Positions 11,759 through 24,549 are shown, numbered from the stretch's first letter. The stretch: DNA of 64,000 bases from the human T2T-CHM13v2.0 reference genome, Homo sapiens (GCF_009914755.1 NC_060937.1), one strand, 5' to 3'. Translations and numbers: made by a program. The notes: generated from the letters alone by a model not told the origin.

Positions 11759-11873
11759 CTCCTCGATGGCGGGCTTCAGGGTGACATGCAGGTAATGCAT
11801 CCCCGCCAGCTTCATGGTCTCGTCGATGCACTTGGACGCCAGTGAGTTTCCTCGGAAGATGGTGTTGGGGTCC
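11759..11873 (-). CDS. RASA3: RASA3 exon 12 (115 nt; [38 protein letters not shown]), RasGAP arginine finger
   Basis: ttcccag|G GAC CCC ... GAG|gtgagc; FRGNS finger-loop motif. Confidence 0.97.
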
Positions 11874-12625
11874 CTGGGAAATGGCGATGGGGACAGCGTT
11901 TGTCTCCTGGGGACGCGGAAGTGCAGACGGAGCAGAGCCTGGCCCCGAGCACCTGCCTGTGGGCTGTGAGGTCAGTGCACGCCCATCAGTCGGCTTCCTG
12001 ACATTTTACAAGGAGCACAACCAGGCCAGGTGCTTGGAGGCCCTGGCCATGGAACCGTCCTGTGTCAACACTGCCAGAGGGAACCGTTCGGCTACCTGCG
12101 TGGCCACCAGCTCAGGAGGAGCCTGGCTGGCCTTCGCCCTCCCGCCCTCTCCCCTCTGCGGCCTCTGCCTGTGCAGAGAGTTGGGCACCAGACCCTGGCA
12201 GCATCCAAGGGCCAGCAGAGAAGCAAACCCTCCTGTCAGCTACAGTGGCTGCAGGTGCAGCCAGATGTTTCTAGAACAGGGCGTCCGGAAACAGCACTAG
12301 GCAGGTCCTGAGGGAAGCTGTGCTCCATTTTTGTGGGCTCCCAAAGTGCCCCAGGGAGGGGACCTGAGCTGTCCTCGAGCCCCAGGAGCCGTTTCCCCTC
12401 CCCACTCACTCACTCTACCCGGGATTTCAAAGGCAAATGGGACTTTCAAAAAAAAAAAAAAGAATCATTAACTGGGTCTGTGAAAGAAAGCCTGAATCAA
12501 CATGGTTTCTGGGGACCCTTGAATTCCCTCAAGCCCTGCCCCAGGACACATGGTTCTCGGCGACGACCTTGCCATCCCTGTAGCGGGTCCAGGCCGCTCT
12601 CCCCCGGGGCAGGGTGGGCACTCAC

Positions 12626-12774
12626 TGGGTCCGCTTCACCTCCGCGCTGGCGATGGCACTGATGAATGGCACCACCCTGCCATAGTGTAGGAAGAGCCGC
12701 ACCAGCGGGACGGCCGCCTCCTGCTTCTCCCGGCAAACCTCGCCCAGGATGTGGGCCGCAGACGCTGACACGGG
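12626..12774 (-). CDS. RASA3: RASA3 exon 11 (149 nt; [49 protein letters not shown])
   Basis: ccgcag|CCC GTG ... ACC CA|gtgagt. Confidence 0.95.
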
Positions 12775-13284
12775 CTGCGGGGAGGGGTGAGGTCAGTGCC
12801 AGGGCCCGGGGTGCAGGAACCCCAGAGGCCTGTCCCCACCTTGGCTGGGGTCTCACTTCCAGCCACAATAGATACGGCTCTTTGCTGAGACAGAAACACA
12901 CACATTCACAAAAACACCAAACTTCCCATTTGCTGCTGCTTGGCTGGACCCTTGGAGGGGCATCTGCACCTCCTCCTAGCGACCCCCCCATGCAGCCAGC
13001 TCTAGGGCCCCTGAGCCGGTAGAGGGACTCTGATGATGGGGTCCCCCTCGAACAACCCGGAGAGTCCTTAGCATCACCAGGCTCCCACGGCTCTAACTGT
13101 CGACGGACCAGTGCCCCCAGCAAAGGGGTCCAGGCATCTGGACGGGAAACAGGCCAGGCTGGGAGGCATGGGAAAGGCCCCCTCAGGGAGAAGGTGCCCT
13201 CTGGGGTGGGCCCGGGTGTAGGGTGGGGCCCCAGGCAGGTGGCACCTCCTGCCCACACCCACAGGCCACGGCGTGGACAAGCAC

Positions 13285-13441
13285 CTCCACATCCGCAGAC
13301 TTCAACAGCAGGTCCCGCAGAGGGCTGTAATAGTCAGAAGAAAACACGTGGTCTTCCGTGTATACCACGTTCAGCCGCAGGGAGCCCAGGTCGTCTGGCT
13401 TTAGGCTCTTGCTACCATTGTCCCGGGGCTGGAGGAAGTAC
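13285..13441 (-). CDS. RASA3: RASA3 exon 10 (157 nt; [52 protein letters not shown])
   Basis: cccag|G TAC TTC ... GAG|gtgctt; ORF 13183..13473. Confidence 0.96.
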
Positions 13442-13995
13442 CTGGGTGGGAGGGACACATGGAGGGGAGGCATGAGGCTGCATCTGCCAAGGAGCAGCTC
13501 TCAGGGAAGTCCAGCTGCCTGCTTGAGGTCGACTGGTCAGGAGGGTGATCCTGTAGGACCCCTCAGAGTGCAGCCCCTGGGGACTCCCCACCGAAGACCC
13601 CCAGCAGGGCTGGTCACCGGGGATCCCCAGGAGGCAAGTGTTGGAGCCAAAGGCGCAGGAGTCAAGGGGGGAAACGCGGAGGGGGATGGGGGTGGAACGT
13701 GGCAGGAACGGGTTTCCGGGAACCGGCACAGAAGTGGTCAGTGACCCGCCCTAAGACCCACACCCAGCAGTGTCAGCAGCAGGTGGAAATGAAAATTATC
13801 TCAACCAAAGTGTGCCGTGGCTCCCGATGTCACGGGGTGGGGGCCTTGGGCTAGTGAGCCTGGCAGGCCACCTGGGCACCTGGTCATTGTAAGAGACGTT
13901 TTCTGCCCGGACATTCTTCCATCTTTGGTTCTACCCCACGCAGTCACCCAGGAGCCCTCTTCTGCTCTCATTTGTGGGCCAGGCAGTCTAAGCTC

Positions 13996-14680
13996 TCAGG
14001 TGGGTGGAGCCTGTGTCCGAGGCCCCGCCCCCATCAGGTGGGTGGAGCCTGTATCCAAGGCATTAGCCCCCGTCAGGTGGGTGGAGCCTGTCTGCAGCAT
14101 TAGCAGCCCGGTCAGGTTGGTGGAGCCCGTGTCCGAGACATTAGCACCCCTGTCAGGTAGGTGGAGCCTGTGTCCGAGGCATTAGATCCCCCCTCAGATG
14201 GATAGAGCCTGTGCCTGAGGCATTAGCCCCCGCCAGGTGGGTGGAGCCTGTGTCTGAGACATTGGCGCCCCCGTCAGGTGGGTGGAGCCTGTGTCCGAGG
14301 CATTAGCCCCCCTCAGGTGGGTGGAGCCTGTGTCCGAGGCATTAGCAGCCCTGTCAGGTGGGTGGAGCCTGTGTCCGAGGCATTAGCCCCCGCCAGGTGG
14401 GTGGAGCCTGTGTCCGAGGCATTAGCCCCCCTCAGGTGGGTAGAGCCTGGGTCCGAGGCATTAGCAGCCCCGGTCAGGTGGGTGGAGCCTGTGTCCGAGG
14501 CATTAGCCCCCCTCAGGTGGGTGGAGCCTGTGTCCGAGGCATTAGCAGCCCTGTCAGGTGGGTGGAGCCTGTGTCCGAGGCATTAGCAGCCCCGGTCAGG
14601 TGGGTGGAGCCTGTGTCTGAGGCATTAGCCGCCCCCCATCGCCCCAGGTAGGTAGAGCCTGTGTGCGAGGCATTAGCACC
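13996..14680. repeat. ~38-42 bp VNTR, ~17 units (caggtgggtggagcctgtgtccgaggcattagc...)
   Basis: Direct inspection. Confidence 0.93.
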
Positions 14681-15264
14681 CTGGGGCTCTCTGGGGTATG
14701 TGGTGGCTGCCTTGGCTACCAGGGCCAGGGATTCATTCAGCATGGGAGGAAGCCTAACTCAGCTCAGGGGGCCTGTGCCCGTGCCGTCTTCGTAGAATCA
14801 AAAGACACGCGTGTTTCACGGTTTCTGGGATGGAAACCTGCCCTCACACATGGCAGAGGGACACATGGGGCGCGAGGCCCCGGCACACAGTCCACGCCTG
14901 GGAGTGCACGCTTCCCGTGACTCCGGGCCCTCTCAGGAGCTGCCTGTCGCTAAGGGACACACATGAACTGGAGATAAAATGAAACAATGGCCTGTTCCTT
15001 CCACCAAAACACCAAGCACCTGGAGACAACAGGAAAGAAAGGCAGGAGGCAGCAACACACAACATGTCCTGGGGTGGGTTCTGGGTCAGAGCCGACCACT
15101 GAGGTCTAGACGTGCAGAGGGGAGTAGAGAACCCTGTAATGCGCCCTCAACAGGAGGTGCTGCCGAGGGCCCAGAACAAGACCCGGAGCGCAGCCGCGGC
15201 GCAGCCCTGCTGTGTGCGCATTCTGGGCTCCTGCACCGGCTGCTGATGCCCTCCCCTACTGGTG

Positions 15265-15490
15265 TCAGACCTCACGAGCTGCTCGCGGCTCAGGGCCTCG
15301 CTTTCACCCAGGATCAGACCCCACGAGCTGCTCACAGCTCAGGGTCCCACTTTCGCCCAGGATCAGACCCTGCGAGCTGCTCGCGGCTCAGGGTCCCACT
15401 TTCGCCCAGGATCAGACCCTGCGAGCTGCTCGCGGCTCAGGGTCCCACTTTCACCCAGGATCAGACCCCGTGAGCTGCTCGTGGCTTAGG
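15265..15490. repeat. 49 bp tandem repeat, ~4.5 units
   Basis: tcagaccctgcgagctgctcgcggctcagggtcccactttcgcccagga. Confidence 0.88.
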
Positions 15491-15776
15491 GCCGCTTTCA
15501 CCCACGTTCCCTGTCTTGTTTTGAGGTGCCAGCCATTGTGAGTCCCTGCTCAGTGTGATCCCTGCTGCCTCTCCTCACCTGCCATTTCTCACCTGCTGTG
15601 GGGCAGAAACTCATCAAGCCAGAGCTCGTCAGAGCTACATGCAAAGTAAGAGCAGGTGGGTGCTGGGCACAGCCGAGGACCAGCACATGTGGCCTCTGTG
15701 CCTTTCCACTCAGAGGCAGCACGTGTTTTTGTGGCTCTCAGAGATGCGGAAGTCTGCAGGTGCAACATCATCTTAC

Positions 15777-15881
15777 CACGCCTCGTAGGAGCTGGACTGC
15801 CGCAGGACTTTCAACGGGATCCTTAGTTCTCCCAGGAATTCATCTCCAAACTTCAGGTTACTGGCATTCCAGAGGTCAACT
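15777..15881 (-). CDS. RASA3: RASA3 exon 9 (105 nt; [34 protein letters not shown])
   Basis: tttttcag|A GTT GAC ... GCG TG|gtaaga; C2 motif DEFLGE; ORF 15773..16027. Confidence 0.96.
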
Positions 15882-17587
15882 CTGAAAAACAGCATCAGGA
15901 CAGCTCTAGCTGACGGCGGGCAGCCCGGGTGGAGCAAAGATGACAGGCCACGCTTTGTTCCCCCAGGAGCAGAATGGAGCCTGCAGCACCTCCCAGAGTC
16001 TCCATCAAGGCTCAGCCCACAGGGCACGTTTCAAACACGTCAGACCAGCCTGTGGCTTTGGAATAAAGATGAGTGTCTCCCAGTGGTAATGGGCAGGCAG
16101 AGGAAGGTGGAAGGCCATGGGCCCGGACTCAGACCCAGGCTCTTAGATAGGAGGGAGCCTGGGCATCGCTGCGTGCACCCAGAAGCTACATGACCCCAGG
16201 CTCTTACATAGGAGGGAGCCTGGGCGTCGCTGCGTGCACCCAGGAGCTACATGACCCCAGGCTCTGTGCCAGGAGGGAGCCAGGCGTCGCTCTGTGCCAG
16301 GAGGGAGCCAGGAGTTGCTGTGTGCACCCAGGAGCTATGTGGCTGCTGCCACTCTCAGCTCCAGCACCATCTGTCCCCTTTGCCCACAACAGGCCCAGCA
16401 CCAGCAGTCTGTGCACGGCGGGCAAATGTAGAACCCTGTCTCCATGGATTGCTCATGATCTAGGGGCACAAAGTGGATTCAGGGGCCATGCACACCACAG
16501 CGGGGGGAGAACTGTGGCCACAAACCACAGCACGGTCCACGAATCTCCGTGACTACCGCAGGCCCAGCATTGTGAAGCTTCTGCTCATGTCTAACACAGC
16601 AGCGGCTCCCACTAATGTTCTGTCCTAGTGTGGGATGGTACGTGTCCCCTCAGACCTGGGGCTGTGAAATTCTGACAGACATACAGCATCCCCGGCTGCA
16701 ACAAGTCTACAGGGCTGGTAACCCAGTCCCTCATGGCCAGGACCCACTCATAGGCCTGAAACACCTGAAGTCATGCGTGGCCAGCCCTACCCACGGGCCT
16801 GAAACCACACAGTTACACGTGGCCAGCCCTACCCAGGGGGCTAAAACTCGGCAGGCCTAACCACACTGTGGGCATCAGGGGCATCCCCCTGGAGGGAGAA
16901 GATTCCAGAAGGCTGGGGATTTTGTTACCCTTGCGAATCCTGCAGGGAAGTGGCACCACAGAGGCACTGGCATCTGGGCCGGGGAGGGCTGACAGGCTGC
17001 ACAGGAACCCACAGCGCGTTCCTTTCAGAAGGAACATGAGGGGACCGCTGATCTGCCCATGGACACTTTAAAAAAATGTGCTGAGTGGCCAGGCAGGCGC
17101 ATTTGCCTTTAATAAGGGAAATATTTAAAACATGTTTTGTGTGCTTTTAAAAAATTTAATAACTAGGACTTCACTCCTGAATTCAAAACTTGGTGTAAAA
17201 AGAAACCAACAATGGCGCTTCCTTCTCTTGAAAAAGGGGCTGGTGTGAGTCCCTGGGGAGGCAGATCTGACCGACCACGTCAGGGACATTCTATGGTTCA
17301 GGACCCTGACCCCTCAGGAGGTGGATCTGACTGACCACGTCAGGGACATTCTATGGTTCAGGATGGAGACAACTATGGGGGACGGATCTGACCGATAACA
17401 TCAGGGACATTCCTACAGTTCTCAACCACAAAACCACGCCTCCCAGCAGCCGTAGGGCCTGAGCCACGCACCGGCTCCACGTGTCCCATTAAGGGTCCCC
17501 CCAGGGCAGTGTTAGCCCCTGGGAGGGAGCGTGACCAGGGATTTGATGGCCAGCACATTCTCCAAAATGACCTAAAGAAAGCAGGTG

Positions 17588-17725
17588 CATCCCAGGCTCA
17601 GGGACATCCCAGGCTCGGGGAACATCCCAGGCTCGGGGAACATCCCAGGCTTGGGGGCATCCCAGGCTCAGGGAACATCCCAGGCTCGGGGGCATCCCAG
17701 GCTCGGGGGCATCCTAGGCTCGGGG
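17588..17725. repeat. ~18-19 bp tandem repeat (catcccaggctcggggr), ~7 units
   Basis: Direct inspection. Confidence 0.85.
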
Positions 17726-18634
17726 TCTCAGGGCCGGCTGGGGAGGGTCAGGAGGGAGCCGTTTCCTTCCTTCTCTGTCCAGCATGGAAAGATTCGGGGG
17801 CTTCAGGGGAGGCTCATCTGCCTCTTCATAGGGAATGGAGGCATTCGTTGGTACAGAAGGAACAGAGGCTACGTTCAAAAATAAACAGGAATCCAGCTTA
17901 TTTTCACTGGGAGGAGGGAACCCGCCGGGGTTTGTGAAGGGCACATTCTGACGCCTGCCCTCCCCAGAACTCTGAGTCAGCGGGATCGTGGGGCTCTCTA
18001 AATCCTGGGCCTGAGATCGCGTCCTGACCTGCGTGAACCCACAAGCGATTTCCCCGTTTCCCGTGGGAGGCGTTGAGGAGCCAGGAAAGGGCGGTGGGGG
18101 CTCCATGGGCAAAGGCTGAAGATGCAGCTTCTATGACCATACACAGGAAACATGAACCCAGGACGCCAGGTGAGAGTGTTTCACTCGAGTCAAAGGGGAC
18201 AGGGTCTCCACAGAGGCCACCCAGCCGAGAGTTTCAGCAGTGCCAGTGGGTCCTGCTCGGTCAGGGCCAGGCGTCGTGCTGACCCGCCAGGCCCTGCGAC
18301 CTCTGAGTGAGGCCTGAACCCATGGAAGGCGGAGGGCTTAGAACAAGACCTTAAGAACGGCTGCAGCCCCCGTCACTCCAGGTGGATGAAGCCTTACGGC
18401 CAGAGGGATGCGGACCTCTGGCTTTCGCCTCTTCGCAGGTATTGCAAGGTTAGCCCTAACACCACCCACAGGCTGTCACTTCAACTACAACTTCTAACAT
18501 CCTGTTGTGAAAATTACCAAGAAAATGGAAATTCATTTCTATCTATGACCCTATATTTAGTAACAAAGAACAAAAGAGCTGAGGAGTTTGGGTGAAAACT
18601 GCCAAGTTGGGGACGCGGAGCCTGGTTTTCTCAC

Positions 18635-18711
18635 CTGATTTCGAGCTTGTCCACGTCTTCCTCCTCAAAGTCAAAGTGGGACTTCTTGCTGTAGCTACAG
18701 GGCCGGGTCAC
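18635..18711 (-). CDS. RASA3: RASA3 exon 8 (77 nt; VTRPCSYSKKSHFDFEEEDVDKLEI)
   Basis: ctccag|GTG ACC ... ATC AG|gtgaga. Confidence 0.95.
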
Positions 18712-19746
18712 CTGGAGTCAGACGAGAGAGAAAGCGCTGAGACCGCGGTGCCACCAGGCGGGGGTATATGCGGACCTAGGCCCCGGGCTGCCCTACCCTC
18801 TGCGCTTACCCACACACCACTCAAGGGCCACAACCAGGAAGGCGCCAGGCGGGATTCGGGATTCAGGCCTGGCTTCCTGAGTGCCAGCATTTCCTACTCA
18901 CGGCGCCCCTGGAGGGGCAGACCCAGGTGAGACCTGCCCCAAGGCTGTTCACGGCCACGGCCGGACTCTCCCAGTGGCTCCTGATGGGTGCCGGGCTCTG
19001 GGTACCTAAATGTCCGTCACCTGCGCCTGCTCTGGGCCTGCCACCCCGTGAGGGAGGGAGGGTCCCCTCTGCCGTGGAGACGAAGCCAGCGCCGCCCTCC
19101 CGTGGCCCCACCTCAAGGCTCTATTTGCCAACAGGAAGTGAAACGCGTGAGGTCTGTGGAGCCTGAACCTGGCCGGCCCCGAACAGGCCCCAGCACTCCA
19201 GGGAGGGTCAGACGGTGGAAAGTCAAGACGCTGCTACCTTCCTCCTGACACCTCCGCACCGTGGGTTCCTTAGAACAGAAACGGAGTGAAGGCGTGAAGG
19301 GTCGAGGCTCCGGGACCGCCCCCCGCCAGCCAGCAGGGCCCTTGCAGCAGAGCAGGAGGCCGACCCACAGGCTCCAGGAGACAGTGGTTATCACCTGGAG
19401 TTCCGATTTAACCACCATCAGCCGTGCACCAGGTCACCTGCGTTTACAAGAAGGGCTCCGTCCTGCCCGGCCTCCCTCCCTGCCCCCCCTTCTCCGGGCC
19501 TCAGCAGTGATGCTGGCTCAGGAGCTCTCAGCTCGAAGTTCTGATGTAAGGCTTGACACCAAAATCATGTTGCTAAAACTGCCTAACCTCTGAGCTTGCA
19601 CTTCCTGATTGGTAAACTGAGGTGAAGATCACGCAGGGGCAGTTCTCTGCTTCGGGTTGAGGGCTGCTGACGCCTCCTCCTTCCTGACCTACACACCACT
19701 GTCCAAAAATTTGCTTCCCCCCAACTTCCCCATCTCACAAAACTCA

Positions 19747-19878
19747 GGTCAGGCAATGCCTCCTCCAGGAAGCCCCCAGTGCCCCTGCCTCACGCCCTCT
19801 CTGCAGGGCAGGTCAGGCAATGCCTCCTCCAGGAAGCCCCCAGTGCCCCTGCCTCACGCCCTCTCTGCAGGGCAGGTC
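19747..19878. repeat. 64 bp tandem duplication
   Basis: ggtcaggcaatgcctcctccaggaagcccccagtgcccctgcctcacgccctctctgcagggca twice. Confidence 0.85.
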
Positions 19879-21744
19879 GGGAGCTATTGTAGGGGCTTGT
19901 CTGTTTGCATCCCTCCCATGCTGGCCTGGTGTGGTGGCCTTGGACTCCTCTGTTTTCTGCCACATCTTATCACCAGCTGATCACCAGCACGGTGCTGGCA
20001 CCTGACACGTGTTGAGTGAATGAAGGCAGCTCCTACCAAATTTATGAGATTATTTAATCTCATTTAGAGAGTTAAAGGGTCTTAATGTGTCTAGTTGTTA
20101 TCCTGGAAGAAAATGGTACAGACGCTGCTTCCCATAGAAACGGAACATCTGTTTTCCTGGGTCTGCTCCCAGTAGGTGGCTGTCTGACCACAGCCCGCGG
20201 GGGATGTGCTCCCTCCCCGGGGCTCAGCCTCCAGCTGGGTCAGAAGCAGCTGAAGCCGAAAGAGACAGAGTCCTGGTGAAAGAGGTCTGCTAAGGAAGGG
20301 GAGGAGACGGAGTGAAAGGTCACAGAGCCCAAAGAGCAGGGCCCCGTGCGTCCCACACAGCAGCGGTCAGCGAGGTCCGGGCCTTCCCTGGAGCCCCACA
20401 GGTGGTGACGCAGACCATGGTTTTCAGACTGTCTGTGGTCACTAAATTGCTCCTGTAGGCTGAGACCCACGTCTTTACAGAGTGAAACAGGAGTGCACAC
20501 AGTAGAAACAGCATGAGAACACTGCAAGCGTGATGAGCACCCGTGTGTGGCCGGGCAGTGGGCGAGCTCTACCCCACTGTGTGTATGACAGCTCTGTGTG
20601 TGGCAGCCAAGCCAGCAGCCGAGGCGGGGGGAGCTGCCACCTGGAACTCGGTCCATGCTGCATGCCTCCTGCACCTCCAACAGGGCCCACCCTCCCCCTG
20701 GGAGCCTGGCAGCTCCCTGCCTTCCCTCGCTCTGGCAAAACCATCTTCTCCGCCTGTCTATAAGTGAGGCTTCCGTTTGAGACAGAGAACAGATTCCACC
20801 TCTAAAGCCCTCCTCACAGTGGCCCTGAAAGCCTGGCCCTGGCTTTGGACACCAAGTTCCCACCTCTGCCTGTGGGGCCCTTTCGAGCCTCAGCAGTGCC
20901 AGTGGGTCCTACTCAGTCAGGACCCACTGACCGGTAGGTCCACTCTCCTACGGTCCCCTGAGAGCTGCATGCATCGAGCCCCACTCAGCCATCATGGCTC
21001 AGGGGAGCCCGCCCGACCCCTCAGATGTGACTGGCCATGCTCTTGCCACAGAGGCCTCATCCATCCTCACATCTCCAGGGCCTGTGCACCGGAATGTTTG
21101 TGGATGGGAAGAACATCTGCCTAAAGGCCCTGCACACAGCTGTCCCCAAACCGCACCGGCCACATGGCAGGTCCTCACTCCACGAGATGCAGCCATCCCA
21201 AACGGGGTCCCATTCCACCAGGTGCACCCTTGCACCCTCCTTTTCATGGATTTTGGTGCTTCATGTTCTGAGAGGATCTCTGTGTCTGAATCCTTTCCCC
21301 TTTGTTTCAAAACCCTGCCTATTTCCACTGGAACAAGCCTTCCGCCTCTCAGGGATGCTTGGGCAGAGCAGCCAAAAAAACAAAAACCCCCAAGGTCCTG
21401 GTAATTTGGAAAGCATTAATCTGTCATCTTTTAACTCAAATCTGGGCCAGTTCGGGAGACAACGAATGACCTTTCTCTCTTGGGAGAGGAGGGAAGGTCC
21501 TGTGGCCACGGGTCCAATCCCCAGGGCTGGCTGGCTGGGCTCGCTCCTCTCCGGAAGGAACCCAGGGCCGGCCGGCGGGGCTCGCTCCTCTCCGGAAGGA
21601 ACCCAGGGCCGGCTGGCGGGGCTCGCTCCTCTCCGGAAGGAACTTCCAGAGGGAAGAGACTGAGATCATTCTGGATCCAGACTTTCTGCCAACGTGTCTC
21701 GGGTGCAGAGTTTCCACTTAATGTTGACCCATGAAGATACCAAC

Positions 21745-21817
21745 CTCAAAATAAAACACTTCATCGAACTGGGGATTGTTGGTCTTCCTCTTCACTTTCG
21801 TCTTCTTTGCTTCTGAT
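21745..21817 (-). CDS. RASA3: RASA3 exon 7 (73 nt; [24 protein letters not shown])
   Basis: gataacag|A TCA GAA ... TTT GAG|gttggt; C2-type basic cluster and NPQFDEVF motif. Confidence 0.95.
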
Positions 21818-22202
21818 CTGTTATCAAGTGAGAAAGGATTGGGATTAAAACAACACTGCTGATTCCAAGTCTCTCAGTGGTAAAACCGAGCTCTCAAATG
21901 CACAAGTCACTTATTGGCTTTATTTATTTTATAAATATTTCTGCTGGTCTCCAACTCCAGATGGTATGCAAATCAGGAACCTTTACTCAGCCAAAAATAC
22001 CCAGCGTGAAGAGCATGAAGGCTTCATTTTCTACAAAGCAATTTTGGAGCAATAAAGAAAACAAAAGGAAGTAAAAATTCACATTCTACCTCAAAGCGCA
22101 ACCTCCTGACTCCTCCCAAATGAGGCAGTGGTCTCGTGATTTCAGAGCTGGACCCTAGCCCCCCAGGACCAGAACAGAAACCTGAAGCGTGAGGCAACTT
22201 GC

Positions 22203-22283
22203 CTGAAGGGTCCTGCCAGCGTCACGGTGGCGTAGGGGTCACATTGCCCATTCACGATGGGGAGGCCCTGGCACTCGACGATG
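22203..22283 (-). CDS. RASA3: RASA3 exon 6 (81 nt; [26 protein letters not shown]), GC donor
   Basis: tctcctcag|C ATC GTC ... TTC AG|gcaagt; phase continuity with exon 7 requires the GC donor; peptide in ORF 22142..22327. Confidence 0.94.
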
Positions 22284-22569
22284 CTGAGGAGAGAAGCAGA
22301 GGCGGCGTCAGGAGGGAGCGCAGACACCTGGGCGAATGGCGAGACAGCTCTGGGTCAGGCAGGAGACCTGAGTTCAAGCTGTGAGATGAGGTTTCCTCAC
22401 CGGAAGGCAGGGAGGGCCACACCAGCCATTCTGCCTCGGTGTGACGCTGAATCACGCTGGCCATTCACAAAAGCCCAAAACAACACCTCTAAGGTGAGCA
22501 TGTGCTTTAGCGTGGACGCCAGCAGTGTGTGACAGCACATCTAAAGCAGCGTCATCGGGGGGGTGGGGG

Positions 22570-23768
22570 GCAGGACCCCTAAAACACTGTCATCCTGGGG
22601 GGCCAAGACCCCTAAAACAGCATCATCTGGGAGCCAGGACCCCTAAAACAGCATCATCCTGGGGGCCAGGACCCCTAAAACAGCATCATCTGGGAGCCAG
22701 GACCCCTAAAACAGCATCATCTGGGGGCCAGAACCTCTAAAACAGCGTCATCCTGGGGGCCAGGACCCCTAAAACAGCATCATCTGGGAGCCAGGACCCC
22801 TAAAACAGTGTCATCTGGGAGCCAGGATCTCTAAAACAGCATCATCCTGGGGGCCAGGACCCCTAAAACAGTGTCATCCTGGGGGCCAGGGCCCCTAAAA
22901 CAGCATCATCTGGGAGCTAAGACCTCTAAAACAGCATCATCCTGGGGGCCAGGACCCCTAAAACAGCGTCATCTGGGAGCCAGGACCCCTAAAACAGTGT
23001 CATCTGGGAGCCAGGACCTCTAAAACAGCGTCATCCTGGGGGCCCAGAACCTCTAAAACAGCGTCATCCTGGAAGGGGGCCAGAACTTCTAAAACAGCAT
23101 CATCCTGGGGCAACCTCTAAAACGGCATCATCCTGGGGGCCAGGACCTCTAAAACAGCATCATCCTGGGGCCAGGACCTCTAAAACAGTGTCATCCTGGG
23201 GCCAGGACCTCTAAAACGGCGTCATCCTGGGGCCAGGACCTCTAAAACGGCATCATCCTGGGGCCAGGACCTCTAAAACAGTGTCATCCTGGGGCCAGGA
23301 CCTCTAAAACGGCGTCATCCTGGGGCCAGGACCTCTAAAACGGCATCATCCTGGGGGCCAGGACCTCTAAAACGGCATCATCCTGGTGGGCCAGGACCTC
23401 TAAAACAGTGTCATCCTGGGGCCAGGACCTCTAAAACGGCGTCATCCTGGGGGCCAGGACCTCTAAAACGGCGTCATCCTGGGGGCCAGGACCTCTAAAA
23501 CAGTGTCATCCTGGGGCCAGGACCTCTAAAACGGTATCATCCTGGGGGCCAGGACCTCTAAAATGGCGTCATCCTGGGGGCCAGGACCCCTAAAACAGCA
23601 TCATCCTGGTGGGCCAGGACCTCTAAACAGTGTCATCCTGGGGCCAGGACCTCTAAAACGGCATCATCCTGGGGGCCAGGACCTCTAAAACGGCGTCATC
23701 CTGGGGGCCAGGACCCCTAAAACAGCATCATCCTGGTGGGCCAGGACCTCTAAACAGTGTCATCCTGG
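22570..23768. repeat. 31-33 bp VNTR, ~37 units (ggggccaggacctctaaaacrgyrtcatcct) filling most of intron 5
   Basis: Direct inspection. Confidence 0.95.
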
Positions 23769-23882
23769 GCAGCCACCGGCTCTGGAAATTCTTGTGCGTT
23801 GGTGTGAAAACCCCTGTGTGCTCCTCGGGAGCCAGACATGCCACTCGCTGTGCGCTCGGTCTCTAGTGAGGACGTGTCTTAC

Positions 23883-23959
23883 CGTGTGGCGAGCTTGTGG
23901 CAGACGACCCCAGTGTCTGTGATGACCTCGCTCAGCCGCAGCTCCAGGTGCACTTTGCC
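23883..23959 (-). CDS. RASA3: RASA3 exon 5 (77 nt; [25 protein letters not shown])
   Basis: cttgcag|GGC AAA ... ACA CG|gtaaga. Confidence 0.95.
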
Positions 23960-24417
23960 CTGCAAGGCACAAGGATGGGGTGTCAGAGGCTGTGGCGCTG
24001 CTCCCACAGGCCACTAGGGCCGCGCGCCCAGGGAAAGCCTAGAGGGCAAAGGGAGCAGGCGGCCCCGCCCTGCCCTGGCCAATGGGCACGTCCAGCCCCT
24101 CCACTCCACCCCCGGGACGCAGGGTCCCAGCTGTGGCCTTTCTCCAGGAGAGCTGCTTGCCTGACTGCTCAGCCCCATGTGGCTGCCCAGGCTCCTGGCT
24201 CTGCTGAGAGCAGGTCGCTGCCTCAGAAGTGAGGGGTCCGACCGTGTAGGAGACGGTCATTCAGTGAAGCAGACCCCCAAAGGCTCTGATGCTGCAGGCT
24301 GCTCGTGTGTCCGTCGGGACAAACCAGAGGGGAAGCACAGCTGTCTCCCGAGCAGGGGCCACTGCCTTTACCTCCCCTCGGGCGAGGCCGGATGGAGGCC
24401 CGCAGGAACCTCGGAGA

Positions 24418-24549
24418 GCTCACACAGAGGGCAAGGCTCACACAGAGGGCAAGACTCACGCAGAGAGCAAGACTCACACAGAGGGCAAGGCTCACACAGA
24501 GGGCAAGACTCACACAGAGGGCAAGGCTCACACAGAGGGCAAGGCTCAC
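24418..24549. repeat. 18 bp tandem repeat (ctcacacagagggcaagr), 7 units
   Basis: Direct inspection. Confidence 0.9.
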
